A stretch of DNA of 64,000 bases, from NCBI GenBank assembly GCA_000165425.1, contig CT868014.1, forward strand, positions 62,001-126,000. The letters are read 5' to 3'. The position numbers and the translations under genes were made by a program. Under the pieces are notes generated by a model. It saw only the letters and a program-made list of their open reading frames with translations. It was not told where the DNA came from and did not search any database. The stretch comes from Paramecium tetraurelia. Taxonomy: Eukaryota. This document shows, one piece after another, positions 12,719 to 26,502 of the stretch; within the stretch, counting starts at the first letter, position 1; each line of letters begins with the position of its first letter.

Positions 12719-13060
12719 ATGTCTAAGTAGGACAGTTAAATTGTTAATCCATCAGGGTGTTTCATATTTCTTTAAGCGAAAAAGATGATAGATCCTGTTG
12801 ATGATGAATAGTATAGTGCGATCCAAAAAACATTCTTTTCAACTTCGATCACTGTAGGATTATTTTCATTTTTATGGGCAAGATTTTACGAATTAGGAAA
12901 ATATAAATTTATGATTCCAAATAGAATGATGTTCTATGTAGTAGCAGTCGGTGCTCCGTCTATTGCGCATGCATTTTATAGGACGAATGAGCTTACTGGT
13001 TTTATTAGTCAGATGGACCAGAAATATTATGAGTAATATAAAGCATTGGGTTAATAATGA
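12719..13060 (+). CDS. Small two-TM membrane protein (113 aa)
   Basis: Intronless open frame with two hydrophobic segments. Confidence 0.6.
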
Positions 13061-13084
13061 ATGTTTGTATTGATTTATAAATAT

Positions 13085-13844
13085 ATGATAAAAATTGATT
13101 TAATTGTTATTGGTAATCTAGGTATTTGATATATACAAGATGATTAGGGTCTGGTAAGACAAGTTTAATACAAAGATTCATTGACTGTAAGAATTATCCT
13201 ATACTTCAGAGGATGCTCCATTTTAACACAATTATCTTCCAACACTTGGCTTGAATCTAGTCAAGAAGGAATTCGACCATCAAGGACAACAAATCAAATT
13301 ATGCATATGGGATACAGCTGGATAGGATAAATATTTTAGTCTCACAAAAAGTAGGTCTATCTTGTAAACATGAAGGTTATTTTTAAAGAGCTGACGGAGT
13401 CATTATGGTATTTGACATTGCAGATAAAGACAGTTTCAATCGTATTAGCGATTATTGGATTAAGCAAGTCTAAGAATGTTCGAAAGCGAACTCGTAATCT
13501 ATTCTGGTTGGCAATAAAGTAGATTTGTGCGAAGTACAAAATGCCACATAATTAGAAACGATAAGTCAAATTCCTTGAAGCCTAGGAGTTTTCATAGAAA
13601 TACAAATTGCCTTATTTTGAAGTCAGGTTGCATTTTAATAATTAAGGAAGTGCAAAGACTGGAGAAGGAGTGCAAGAGGCATTTAACTTTATATCGCGAA
13701 GATGTACGGAATGCATAGAAACTGAAGTGAATGAAGTCCAACATTTATAAATCGATTCTGAAAATAGACCTACAGGATTTCAAGGATGTGTTAACACTAT
13801 TATGGTATTTATGCCATTAATTATAGAGCATTTGGAAGAAATGA
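13085..13844 (+). CDS. Rab-family small GTPase, divergent
   Basis: GNLGSGKTSL, WDTAGQDKYFSLT, ILVGNKVDL, FEVSAKTGEGV. About six tiny introns. Confidence 0.9.
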
Positions 13845-13901
13845 TTAGTGATTAATTATTTTAAATATTATTATTATTATATTGCAGTTTTACATTTAAT
13901 A

Positions 13902-14707
13902 ATGTCAATGAAAAAAACACCCAATCAGTCATCAGGTATCCCTTCTAACAATTCTATTATAAAAGGTCCCAAATTTATCAAGGATGTCACACACAAATCT
14001 AGATCTGAACACAATCAATCCTTTGATGCATCCTACAGCAAGAATTACGCACCCACCTTCAGCAATCAAAGCAGACTCAAAAGCTACAGTCAATAGGCAA
14101 ATTTCTTGGATGATTTGGAAGAAGAATAGTATCCAAATTAAATTAATGTTGCAATTCAAAAAAGACCATTTGAATTAGCATTATAGAATGAACTTCAAAA
14201 AATGCTATCTAAAATCATTCAAGGATAACATCTATCAATTGATGATTGTTAATCAATTATTAGAGCAATTGATGAATGCATTTAAGAGAGTTTACAAACT
14301 TTGAGATTGAAAGATGCAGAAGTATCTCTATTTTATCATCATTACAGGTCTTAAATATCAAACAAACATATGAATTGAAAATACATCAACAAGAAAATAC
14401 CATCTTGGCTTTGGAAAATGAAGTTCAAGAACTTAAACATATGATTACTCTTAATCCAAACGATTCAATCAATTTCAAATTGTAGTAGTTGGAACAAGAG
14501 AATGAAATGCTTAAACTATAGAACCAATAAGCTATAAAAATGGCTGTCTAAGGAAGAACCAAGAAATAAGAAAAAGAACTTTATGACGCAATGAATAGTA
14601 GCAAATCAAAATAGAAGGCTTAAGTTAATAATTATTCAATCTTGTTGAATTAGCAATATAATAAAATTTATTAACAGGATAAGAAGATTAAATCATAGTT
14701 GTTTTGA
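13902..14707 (+). CDS. Hypothetical coiled-coil protein
   Basis: ATG 13902, one intron at ~14322-14347, Q/E/K-rich heptads, TGA at 14705. Confidence 0.65.
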
Positions 14708-14733
14708 TTCTTGATTTATTATTTTTCATATAT

Positions 14734-15634
14734 TCAATTAATTTTAGTACGAGTCAATTAATTCGAGTAAAAGTTCTTAGATTTTTATTATCTTGAATTT
14801 TGATTCAATCTTTAGCTCTAATATTCGATAACCTAAGCAGCTTATTCATAAGATTAGTTTTCATCAGAATCAATACCTAAAGCAGTCCTTTTGATATATA
14901 CCTAAATTGGTACTGATTTCGTGACTATCGAGCATATCATTCATTTCTCTTATAAATAGATTAACAGAATCTTCAGTCCCCACAATGCGTTCCTGCATCT
15001 CCTGATTCTCAATTTCGATATTTCTTAACTTCAATATATGATATATTTACTTTTGAATCAAAAGATTTAATAGTTGAATTTTTTTTCAATTCATTTTCCA
15101 AAGAGGTCAAAATCGCATCCTTCGATTTTATTTTTTATAGGAATTCTTGTTCTTTTAATTTTTAATTGTTGATATTTTCCATTATTTCTTATTCCTTAAT
15201 TTACAGATTCTTTATCTCAGACTCTTTAGATGCTATTACCTATAAGAAGGATTTCCTTATTTTATCATTTTTGTTTCTCGAGAATTGAAATTGAACTTTA
15301 ATGAATGCAAAGTGCAAATTTCTTTTTTATTTTTTTTGAATAATCTCTCCAACTTACTAATATTTTAATGCGATCTATGTGAAAATAACTTTAAAATGAT
15401 TAGCACTGTATTTATTAGATTGTTTAAGTTTCCTAAAAGCATGGAATTTCTATTAGTTTCCTCTACAATAATCAGTTAGAATTACTTTAATTTCAATATC
15501 AAGCCCAGCTTTCTTATTGATATCTCCATTTTTAAGAATACCAACTAATACTTAGCCATCATGTTGAGAGTTTCAGTATGTATAACTTACTCTCGTAATT
15601 TTTACTTTTAAACATCTAAATCATTAGATGACAT
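14734..15634 (-). CDS. Hypothetical coiled-coil protein
   Basis: MSSNDLDVQKQKLREQ..., several introns, TGA at 14734. Confidence 0.6.
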
Positions 15635-16316
15635 TTGATAAATTTAATAATATCAATATAATTTATTGTCAAAATCTAGCAGTATTTCTTATTCCAAGAA
15701 ACCTTTTAATAAAAAGAATTACCTTGACTTCAATAATTCATACACAATAGACTATGCATAAATAATAAAGTAATTATGGTTAAATTTCTTAGACTTTAAG
15801 ACAAGTACTCATAATTGCATTCATGTTTTTTTTCCAATTAACTTTCTGTGATTCTTCTATGTAACTATAAATATCTTCTCTTAGTTCTTTATATCTAATA
15901 GCTTAGCTAAAAAGGGTTTTCATATTAGATCAATATTTATTTATTTCAAGATTTATCAAAAAATTCTATCATAAATTTGTTAAAATAGAAAGTCTTTTTT
16001 CATTCAAATTTATTTTTAAACTTTTTCAATAATAATACCAGAAACCTTTCTGATTTGCTTATCCTATTCTAATTCTATTCTTTTAAGGGTAGAAGTTTGT
16101 AGTTCTATTGAAATAAATTAATGCTGTACTAAAAAACCAAGAATATAAAGGTTTTTCATATTTTAATAAAAATAAATAGAATCCTTAGTTGCACAAACTT
16201 TACATTTTAATTCGAAAGGAAAGAAGATTGTAATTATAATTCAAATCATAATGAGTAAGAACCAGGTAAACGAAGCGAAGATTGGAAAAAAAAAATATTT
16301 ATTATTAAATTTTAAT

Positions 16317-16710
16317 ATGTTAATACCTCCAAAGTCAAGAAGACATTAAACTATTGATTAAGGAGTGTACTTATTTTAACAAAGGAAAAATTTCGATCCT
16401 TATATTGAGATGATGAAGAAGCAGTAATAAGTGGAAATTAATTCATTTCGAAAGGCATTTGCAAATATTGCTTCATCTAGAATTCATGCTTAACATCTAA
16501 ATGAGAGGAGGGAACAAATAGTAATAATTGTAATAAGATTATAAGGTGTTGACTGTTCATAAAAAAAAAAGAGTCTAACCAAATTCTGAGTTCAAGTTAC
16601 CTACCCTAGGTTAGGGGGAAAAGACAGATAGAGTAAGAATTAAATTTCCTCCTCAGAGAATTAAGAAAAATTTTTGTTTGATATAGTAATATCAATAATT
16701 TGCAACATGA
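16317..16710 (+). CDS. Small hypothetical protein, 3' frame uncertain
   Basis: MLIPPKSRRHQTIDQG... with one intron-like gta..aag. An A10 run makes the downstream frame ambiguous. Confidence 0.35.
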
Positions 16711-17249
16711 TGCAAATGTTTAAAGCTAAGAATATATTTAAATTGTTTTTTTAATGTCTACATAGGTTTTTATCTAGAAAATATTTGGATTATTTAAAGT
16801 TTCTATATTTTGCATCAATAATCCAGAGTTTTGCAAAATTCGAGTTGCCTTTTTATCATTCATTTATCCTAATCGAACATAGTCGATAGTGAATAGACAT
16901 TCATTATTAAATTAGAAAAGTTGATCAGTATAAAGTAACATTTTATGAATAAAAGCAGAAAATTAAATAGTTATAGTTAAATTGAACAATTTCAAAATTA
17001 AATTTGCTCATAATAACTAGAATATGATTTGAAGCATGAAATGGTTTAAATTTAATAGTTACTCTACAAAGTGAATACTTATATTTATATAAAAAGTCTT
17101 TTTACACGAGTAAATTAAGTATATAAATTTTGAATAATAATTTCTTTTTTGTAAATGACGCACATCCTTGAGATTCGCGTTTTATTATGATATAATACAA
17201 AACTAATAGCGGATGATTTGAGTTTATCTAAAATATTAAATATTGTTAA

Positions 17250-17872
17250 ATGAGTGCTTAAGTGTTATTTCGTGTGAAATGCTCCACAGAATTTAGTTAA
17301 ATGGTGAGGATCGTTGGAAACTCTTCATAATTGGGGAATTGGAATCCATAACTAGGATTTAAATTAATGACCAATAATGAAATGTATCCTATTTGGTATA
17401 GTGATTTCGCTTTGGAAGTTGAACTAGGTAAATATATTGTTCTAATTCTAGATTAACTCGTCGAATTCAAACTAATTATCACTGATGGACTTAATTCGTT
17501 TTGGGAATGTGGTGAAAATCGTTGTCTTTAGATATAAGGATAGAAAATGGTGGTTATTTTGACTTATAACATGCCATCCATCTTTATCTACAGTATAAAA
17601 AGGATTATTTCAGACAATGATCTGGCAACAATCGCATAAGGTAATATAAATTAAATAAAATGTAGGCCGAATAAGAAAGGTTTCTTTATAACTGTAGGAT
17701 AAGCTGTACGATTCTGATGATGACTCGGTAAATTATTTTGTGATTCCTTTAGGATTCCGATTAAGAAAGTGATGCCAACTCCATATTTTAAGATGAAATC
17801 ACTTCATGCAATTCAAATGAGAATATTTCAAATTCTTCTCATTTCGAGCCAATCTTTTACAGTGAATATTGA
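17250..17872 (+). CDS. CBM20 (starch/glycogen-binding) domain protein with an acidic tail
   Basis: VLFRVKCSTEFSQMVRIVGNSSQLGNWNP...MYPIWY...EFKLII...FWECGENR fits CBM20. Three introns. Confidence 0.82.
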
Positions 17873-18866
17873 TTTTACTTACTCTCACAACATTAACTTA
17901 ATTTAATATAGATATGTTATTTTTAGAAAGTAGTTAAATTTTAATAGAGTCAATTTAGATTCCATTACTCTTCATTCGTCTCAAATTGCTTAGTCATGAA
18001 ATGTATCACACAAAAAAACCAACTAAATTCTCCGGAATCTATAATTTATTAAGCTCATATTGATCATAATAAAAATCTCTAATAATCTAATTCGAAACAT
18101 AAAAAAAATACACAATTAAATGAGTTATGATTATCTAATTTTATTTAATAAAATATTAGAAATTGATATTTCTTGAATACTATTATCAATTTTAACTCCA
18201 TAATTTCTTGATCACAATTCCTGTAAAAATTTATAAGATGATAAGCCTATTTTTTATGATTTCAGTAAAAACTAAAACTGTGAATTTCGAAAAAAAATAC
18301 AAATATACATAAATATAATTTGTAGAAGCGGGTAAAATTTCATTTTCTTAATTTTACAGACAGATTTTATTAAAAAGATAAAAATTATTAATCATTCTGC
18401 TATTAACTTTGTTTTGATTATTGAAACAATAGAAATCATCGTTAATATTAAATAAAATTTAATTAAATGCATTTCCTTTCTTCAGTTCAGTTAATTTATT
18501 CTAAAAATTTTTAATTATAAAAATTAAATACATCTATCCATCATCATTTAAAGATTAGGATATCTTGATGTTAATCAAAAGATTTCTATTTATCATATTT
18601 TTAAATGACATTGAGATAAAAGAGAGGAGCCAAATATTTTTTGAGTACGAATATACTTATAATATGGTATTTGTTCTCCAGAATTCTTGGGAAATTGCTT
18701 CTTGATATTATGAATTAAAATAGTAAGTTCATTCTCAGTTTAATGGAAATTCATTTTTTAATTCCTCTAAAATAGATCAGACTCTTAACTCGTTTCACAG
18801 AAATCGATATTATAGTTCTGCTTATATCAAAATAGATTTAATTAATAAAAATATTAAAATAAAAAT

Positions 18867-19306
18867 ATGTCGAGTTCCTTAGAAAGTTAAGTATTATTTG
18901 TATTATGGGCTTTATATCAAGAAAATTAAATCTCAATGGAATAAAAAGGATATATCAAAGGTAAATATGTGCTTTATAGAAGATTTATTAATCAGAAGAG
19001 ATTAGAATTTTTACTCTGCTATAAGTAATTGTTAAAAATTAGATCAATTAGAAGAAAAGCTACTCGATATTTTGAATTGTATAGATCTTTAAATTTTGTT
19101 CTGATTAGGCTTCCCCAAGAGAAATAGATGCTGAAGAAACTATTTGTCCAATTATTCGATTAAGTAACCCATCGAACACTCCAACAACTATTAAATCATT
19201 TTAAAACAATCCTTAAAAGAGATTTAAGTTTATGAGTTCAAGTAATGAAAGCGAAATGGCCTAAGACAACTAAAAAGTCAGATCAAACTCATTCCATCAT
19301 TAATGA
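18867..19306 (+). CDS. Small hypothetical protein, splice or frame uncertain
   Basis: MSSSLESQVLFVLWALYQENQISMEQKGYIKDLLIRRD... with intron-like segments. Confidence 0.45.
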
Positions 19307-20229
19307 AATTAGTTATTTTAGTTTAAATTAATCTCAAACTTTACAAGAATCTTAATCATATAAATTTTAATTAAATTATCATATATTCATAAATGTTTAA
19401 AACTAATTGTCATGACAGAAGTTAAAAGCAAAAGATTATAGCCAAACATCCACATTGTCTAATTGAATTCTCCTTAAACTCCAAAGATATAAGGTTTGAT
19501 TAAGATAATCTATTTTTTATTGTGTTACTATTAATTTATGAATACGAAGTTTCGGTTTAATGTTGCTAATCTCCTCATTAAACAAAGATTGATTATGTTC
19601 ATAGAGAGAAACTTATTTAATAATAGATTAACATGTGTCTTATATCAAAGTTAGGGTAATTAAAAATAAACTAGTAGGTGATTTATTGAAAGTATTAAAT
19701 ATAATAATATTAATTATAAGGTTTTGCCTGATAGAAATTAAATTATTCATTCATTATAAATACTCTATTAAATTTATTTATTATTTTAAGATAAATTGAT
19801 ATCATTGTTGATAACTAGAAAAGAATAAATTTGAAAAGAAATATGACAAAAAGTAATTCTCAGCAGCATTAATTTATATTTAAAATAATAGTTGAAAATT
19901 TATGATTTCTATAACATAATTTAAAGTTTTTAATTGAGTGAGTATCATATTTAAATTTAATTACATTTACTATAAGATAGTTTAATATTCATCTAATTTT
20001 ATGACTAAAGTTAATAGCAATTTGTTTTTATAAAATTTAATTTAAAATTAAAGAAAAGATCCAGATTCCCATTTAACAATTAGACTCTTCAAATATCAAT
20101 TTAAATAATTAACATATTTATTTAAAAATAGGAAACAGAATTGAAAATCATCAAAAAAGGTATGAAATAAAAATAAAAGGATTGATATATTTATAATAAA
20201 GTTATCTATGAATAATATATACAATTGTG

Positions 20230-21136
20230 TAATCAATTCATCGAAATTAATTAAGATAAATATTCTGCTATTAACTCTCTGTATTTATGTAGGGCTTATT
20301 AATTGCATTTAGTCTTTTTCAAAGTCTAATATATTTAACAGCAATAATTAAGTTTAATCATTATTAAAAGTTATTCTCTAATATTAATTGATGAGAATGA
20401 TTTGTCAAAGCTCCATGGATCTATAATTTAGATGTAATGTTGTTATTGATTGATTATTAAATTTAAAAGAATGCAAGGGATCCTCATTTATGGAAATATT
20501 AGTCGTTTTATTGTTGTTTATTGTTATTTTTGAGTATTGAGTATTTTAGTTTGTTCATCTGAATCAGAATTATCGTCAAAAATCTATTACTATTAGATTG
20601 ATAGTGGTTCTTGTTATTGATTATTGCTGCTTTGAATGATTTATTTTTTTTATTGCATTTGTAATAGTCTTTTTTGCAATATTTATTCATAATGAAGGAT
20701 TGTCATTTTGGTGATTTCTTGAACTAATTCAAACAACATCATGATGGTTCTGATGACTCTAATGGTGTAAACAAGACAATATCTTTGGTAAGATTCAGTT
20801 GTATTAATGCAGTCAATGAGTGATAAAAGATCAATAAACGCAAGCAATAACTCGTAAAAGCTTAAGGGAGATTTAATATTAAGTATTTTCTTGCAGATGG
20901 TTGGTAGTAGGAATGGAATCAAGCAAAGCCTTATATCCTAATGATTAGTGATTACCTACTTTAGTATTGGGTCCGAATTCGTAATTGTAGAGTAAATTCT
21001 TTTCGACTCGATATGCAAACTTAAGGATTCTGCCACTCATTTTAGTTTCCTCTCTTCCGATTTTTATAAATGTGCATAATGAGACTGAAAACAAGAACTC
21101 AAGGAATTATGCCAATAACATAAATATTTTCATCAT
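20230..21136 (-). CDS. Hypothetical membrane or secreted protein with a Gln-rich tail
   Basis: Signal-like MMKIFMLLAQFLEFLFS, hydrophobic segments, then Q-rich low complexity. The 3' end is approximate. Confidence 0.45.
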
Positions 21137-21168
21137 TTTTAAAATAGTTATTTTTATTGATTATATAA

Positions 21169-21699
21169 TCATTAAAGAGTTTTCAATTCCTCTTCATATT
21201 GCATTAATTATTCTCTAAAACCTTTATTAGGATAGACCTATTCCCGCTTTTGGGTAACAAAAAGAAGTGCATTTTAAAATGTCATTTTCTAGCTCCACAT
21301 GACATATGCAATGACTATAGCGGCACTTCTCGATACGCCAGCCATACAATGAACCAATAGGTTTCCTTTCTTAATAATTGGAAGTAATAAATTACATTTA
21401 AATTTTCTTAGATGAATAAGTTTGTCTAAGTAAAATATTATTTGATGTTAGAGTCTTCATAATCATCCAGAACAATTTAAAGATGCTTCTCAAGTTGAAT
21501 GCTTTTCATATCTAATGGTTCGCATATTGAGATTGCTGCCTTACTAATACATTGCGATTCTTACTCTTATTTGATGTTTTTTAATAGATTTAAATAAGGA
21601 GGCAATATTTCCCAAATAAAGAGCCCCTTTATTTTTAGTTGGCTCTAGGATAAGATTTATAGATTCAGGTACATATTCTAGTAATTCTTCTACTTGCAT
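21169..21699 (-). CDS. Dual-specificity protein phosphatase (atypical DUSP)
   Basis: GALYLGN, VLDDYED, LLVHCMAGVSRSAAIVIAYVM, VYPNKGFREQLMQYE. Confidence 0.92.
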
Positions 21700-21750
21700 T
21701 GTAATAATTATAAAAAAGATTTAAATATAAAATCAAATTTATTGAATAAG

Positions 21751-22426
21751 ATGGCAGCCAATAAATTTTGGAAAAAGAAAGAAGTAAAAATGACTTAAAA
21801 ATATCGAGTTATCAAGTTTGGAATAATAGGTGGGAGCAGCATTAACATAAATTGAAGCAACAATAACAGAAGTTAAGAATTTGAAATTATCATCAGTTGT
21901 TGATTTCACAGCAAAGATTAATGCCAAAAAATAAGTGTATTTGGTATTCATCCCATATCCATGCTTAACAATATACAATAAGATTAGGTATAATTTTGGT
22001 ATGAGCTGATTTTAGCTAAAAGCTATTGCCTGAATTAGAGAAGAGAGTTAAGGCAACTATCTTAGTGGCTGCTAAAAGAACAATTGAAAGTAAGTGGGTG
22101 AAGAATCACAGATCTTAAACAAGACCAAATTCAAGAACTCTTACATCTGTTTATAATGAATTGCTCGAGGATTTGATTTCTCCATCTGTTATTTTGGGTA
22201 GAAGAACAAGAGTCAGAGTTGATGGCACCAAATTCTATAGAATGTAGAATGAAATCATAGATTAATTAGATTCCTGGATGAAAGCGATTAGAAGGACTTG
22301 GAATCAAGACTTGATTCTATTAAGGATGTTTACAAAGTATTGACAACTAGAGATTTGGAGTTTGAATTCAGAAGAGATGACACTTTCTATTAAAAAAAGG
22401 GTGCTAAGAAAGTGGCTAAGAAATGA
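21751..22426 (+). CDS. RPS7: 40S ribosomal protein S7 (eS7)
   Basis: LLPELEKRV, QTRPNSRTLTSVYNELLEDLISPSVILGRRTRVRVDG, VYKVLTTRDLEFEF. Three introns. Confidence 0.93.
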
Positions 22427-22498
22427 TGAACATTAATAAGTATAGTATTATAGGCATAAAAATAAAATAATTTTATATATATTAATAATTTATTAGAG

Positions 22499-23357
22499 AT
22501 GCAAAGAGCAGTAAGGTTTGGTTGCAGCACTATTAATAAATTAGAAAGTGAATTGAATAAAATTGAAAAGATCTCTTTCAAAGAAAGATATCTATCATTT
22601 CAAAGAGAATGGAATGAATTCAAAAATAGAGCAAAAGAGATGTATTAATTTGAACTTATCAATCTTGTCTTTAGGCCTCCAAGAGTTTTCAATGATAAAT
22701 TAGATGCCAATCAATAGAAAAAGATCAACCTATTAGCAAAACATATCGAATACCTAAGCGAGAATGAATTTCAATATCTGAATTACATTTTGTAGAAATA
22801 AGTTCTCAATAAACCTGATTATGCTGAATTTTCTTTAGGTATCTCCAAAGATGATGCACAAGTTGGTAATTTCATGAATTGAATCACAGGTCCTGGAGTC
22901 TGGCCAACAGCTCATCCCCAATGGTTATAGCAATAAGAAATAATAGCCAAATTATGGCCTTTAGGATAATAAGGAATTGCAACATTATTCTCTGAAGTTG
23001 TTGGATTCGGAGGTGGAGTAGGAACAGGAGGAGCTTAGACAGCAGCTACCACTTAGGATTAGCCAAAAGAGGAAAAAAAGGAATAAGCTCCAAAGGAAGC
23101 ACCCAAGGAGGCAGCTGTATATAATAGTCTAGATTATTTAGAAAGCTAATTATGATGTTATTCTTGATTCCATTGATGCTGCATAAAAGATCAAAATTAT
23201 TAAGGATGTCAGAGCAGTTTTCAATTTGGGTTTGAAGGAAGCCAAAGATCTGGTTGAAAAGTTACCTGCCACTTTAAGTAAATAGATGAAGAAGGATGAT
23301 GCAGATGAATTGAAGAAAAAATTGGAAGCTATTGGTTGCACAATTAAGTTAGTGTGA
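22499..23357 (+). CDS. MRPL12: Mitochondrial ribosomal protein L7/L12 (bL12m)
   Basis: C-terminal [39 protein letters not shown]...[14 protein letters not shown], with a presequence-like MQRAVRFG start. Confidence 0.88.
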
Positions 23358-23506
23358 GAGTATATTATTAATCATCATTACATTGTTATTGTCGTTAAAA
23401 CTATTGTTCATTTGAAAATTAAAAGCAAGTCTTGAATCGAATCTATCCTCATAGAACGTTTAAGATGTAGTGAATGCAGATTATTAAATTTATTTAATAT
23501 TCATTC

Positions 23507-24000
23507 TCATTGCTACTTAATATCAAATTTCTCTAATTCACCGATGAATTGATTATAAAAGTTTATTTGTTAAGGCACAGCTCTTGCACTCACTATTGGC
23601 AATTCATAGGTTATCAATAACAAAACCCTCTTCCCATTGAGCTTTTTGCAAATTCCCTATTCAATAATAAATTTATTCTTTTACTCTTGCCAATGAGATT
23701 CCTTCTCCTACATCTGCATCTCCTCTTCTTCCATAAATCAGAGGAGGATGCCATCTGTGAACTTCATAATGTTCTCCTAATAATACAAAGCCTGCCCCAA
23801 TTGTATTGTCTCTCACATCGTAGGCTTTCAAGTATGGTGCCAATTCCTCCTTTGTGGCTGCACAGTTCTTTTGAGTTATCACATTCAGATCCTCATCAAA
23901 TATGATGGCTTTCGCCCACTAAATTACATCTCAAGTTTGATACTTCATCTTGTTTCTTTAATTCTGTTTATAAGAACGCAGGGTCTAAACCTTAATCCAT
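23507..24000 (-). CDS. Profilin-like protein
   Basis: WAKAIIFDED...GFVLLGEHYEVHRWHPPLIYGRRG...GISLAR...LLITYELP fits the profilin-fold pattern. Two introns. Confidence 0.6.
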
Positions 24001-24171
24001 TAATATTTAAAAAATAAAAATATATTTAAAAATTAAAATATCTTTCCAGTCCATAAATTACACTATCTATATCATATTGTAAATAATATTATTAAAATAT
24101 ATATATATATTTTTCTTATTCTTATTATTTTTTTACATTAGTATTAATTTATTTAAATTTTTTACAATTAA

Positions 24172-25718
24172 ATGGATCAATTATACTCCCAGATCGAAGA
24201 ATTAAGTAAAGTTGGATTTCCTACCTAAAAACTTAAAGAACTTTATCAAACCCATCAAATATCGGATTTATTGGAACTCCTAAAATTCACACAATAGAAC
24301 AAAGATTAATTCAATAAGACTATTGCTTATCTTGATGCTCTCTTCTAAGATTCCGATATCTACAAAGAACTTTTAATAAGAGAGAACTCTTTTGAATTTG
24401 TTCAAACTTTACTTTCTCATTAAAACAAAAAAGTAAGATAATTACTTTCAGAATGCATAGAAAATAATGATTTTGAGTTTGGACAATTGATTTCTAAATT
24501 AGTCTAAGAAAAGTCACCATTACTCAATCTAGTACTTTAAGTCATCTTTTTCCAACTTTCTGATCCTGAATCAGAAGTTGGCTTAAAAGCTCTGAGAGTA
24601 ATTAAAAAATTGTTCAAATTTGTCGATGAATCTTTAAAAACGCTATTAAGTAGTGAACTCTTTGTCACTTATATCACCTAAGGATTAAATAACAAAAATG
24701 AAGTCATTCAATTGAGATTTGTTGAAATATTGATTTATATAACTAACTTAGATCAAGCTATCCAATAACCTTACAACAATCTATTTAAGATAGTTTTTAA
24801 ACTCTACAATACTGACGATATTTTGGTTAAATTGAACATGATTGAATTGATTGCTGGAATGGGTAATTCAAAATGGAACTCAGAACTTATGGTAAACCAA
24901 TCCTTTTTTAAGAATATTCTTAATTCCGCATTCACCAATAATGACGATTTCTACACTTAAAAATATGAAGTCTTACTAGTAGCCAGAATGCTTAGTTAAA
25001 GAGTCATTAAATTTACTCCTATCCTTGAAAAAAACCTAATTAAACTATTATCAGTATGGCTATCAACCAATTCAAGTGAATAAATAGAGGGGGCCTTAGA
25101 AATTATATCAAGCTTCGTTACATTTACTGAAGGATTCAATACTATTATAAAGAATAGTGACTTTTTAATATTATTTTGTAATTTGTTTATTTTATCATAG
25201 TCCAATATTTGTATTCAACAAAAGATGTCATAAAACTCAAAGCTCTTAATTGTTATGTTAGCTTCTTTGTTATAGATTCAACAACACCTAAGCCACCTGG
25301 TAAGGTACTTTGGGTGTATTCATTGTTTGGAAATGTTTCCAAAACATTAAGTTAATTCCACTCAAATGATCAGGTTAGTGAAGCAACTATATATCTGATA
25401 AAATAATTGAATACTCCTTTTGGGGAAGTAGAAAAAACCATATTAGAATTAACCATGAGTAAACTTTATTTTTATTCTTTAGATTTGTTGGAATGGGATG
25501 AAATATTCACTAATATTATTGCCAATTAATAATTATTAGTATATTTTTCCAAGATTTCTCAAAACAAGGAGATCTTTGATTCAAAGAATCGAGTCAAATA
25601 ATAGATCATCAATTTATGCACTAATAAATATAAGGCAGAAGAGTACTAGGAGTATGCTAAAACATTGCAAAACTTAAAATTGTAAAAGGATGTCTAGTAC
25701 GCTTCAAATGTTTAATGA
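24172..25718 (+). CDS. ARM/HEAT-repeat protein, PSMD5 (S5b/Hsm3)-like proteasome assembly chaperone
   Basis: Helical repeats, about 500 aa. EVIQLRFVEIL and YNTDDILVKLNMIELI resemble PSMD5. Confidence 0.6.
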
Positions 25719-26502
25719 ATTTATATAGTATAAAATTAATTTAAATATCTACATTTTATTCCAAATTATGATAGAATATGATAATAATAATTATTATTAT
25801 GAATTATATTTTAACAACTAATAAATATGCATCTTTTTACAATAATAACAATTTTAGCTTATAGAAGACAGCTCATTATTGTAATATATTACTAATATAA
25901 ATTTGTTTGAAATAATTCTTCTTTATGAAGGTAATTTAATTTAACACTTAATTCAAACATTAACTATAAAGCTTAAATGAAAAATATTTCTTACTTTTTA
26001 ATAAATTATTAACACATTAATTAAAATTCTTAAATGGTGAAGATGTTAAAATAAATCTATTTATTATGGTCTTTTAAATTATAAAACCTAATATTTAAAA
26101 GTAGAAATTATAATTTAGATCATTGTTGTATAAATCTAGATTTTTATAAACTATTTTTTAATCCCATTAATAAATATTCAACTTATAAATGGGATAAAAT
26201 TAATTAAGAATAAAATAATTAAAATACAAGTTCTAATATTTAATTCTTAATATGACTTTTATGATGGTATTTAAAGGTTGAAGATAAATTATTTTATTTA
26301 TTCTCCCTTATTTCAACTAGTCAATATATTATATTCGAAAGGAGAGCCTACAATAAAATGGTTAAATCTTACATTTGAACAATTAGACATTGGGTGAAAA
26401 AGTAAATCCTTAATTTGTGATTATTGATAAAATAGAGTTGATAGAGAGGAATCTTTTATATGGAAATATAAATAATTGATTTTATATTAATATCTGTGTT
26501 TA

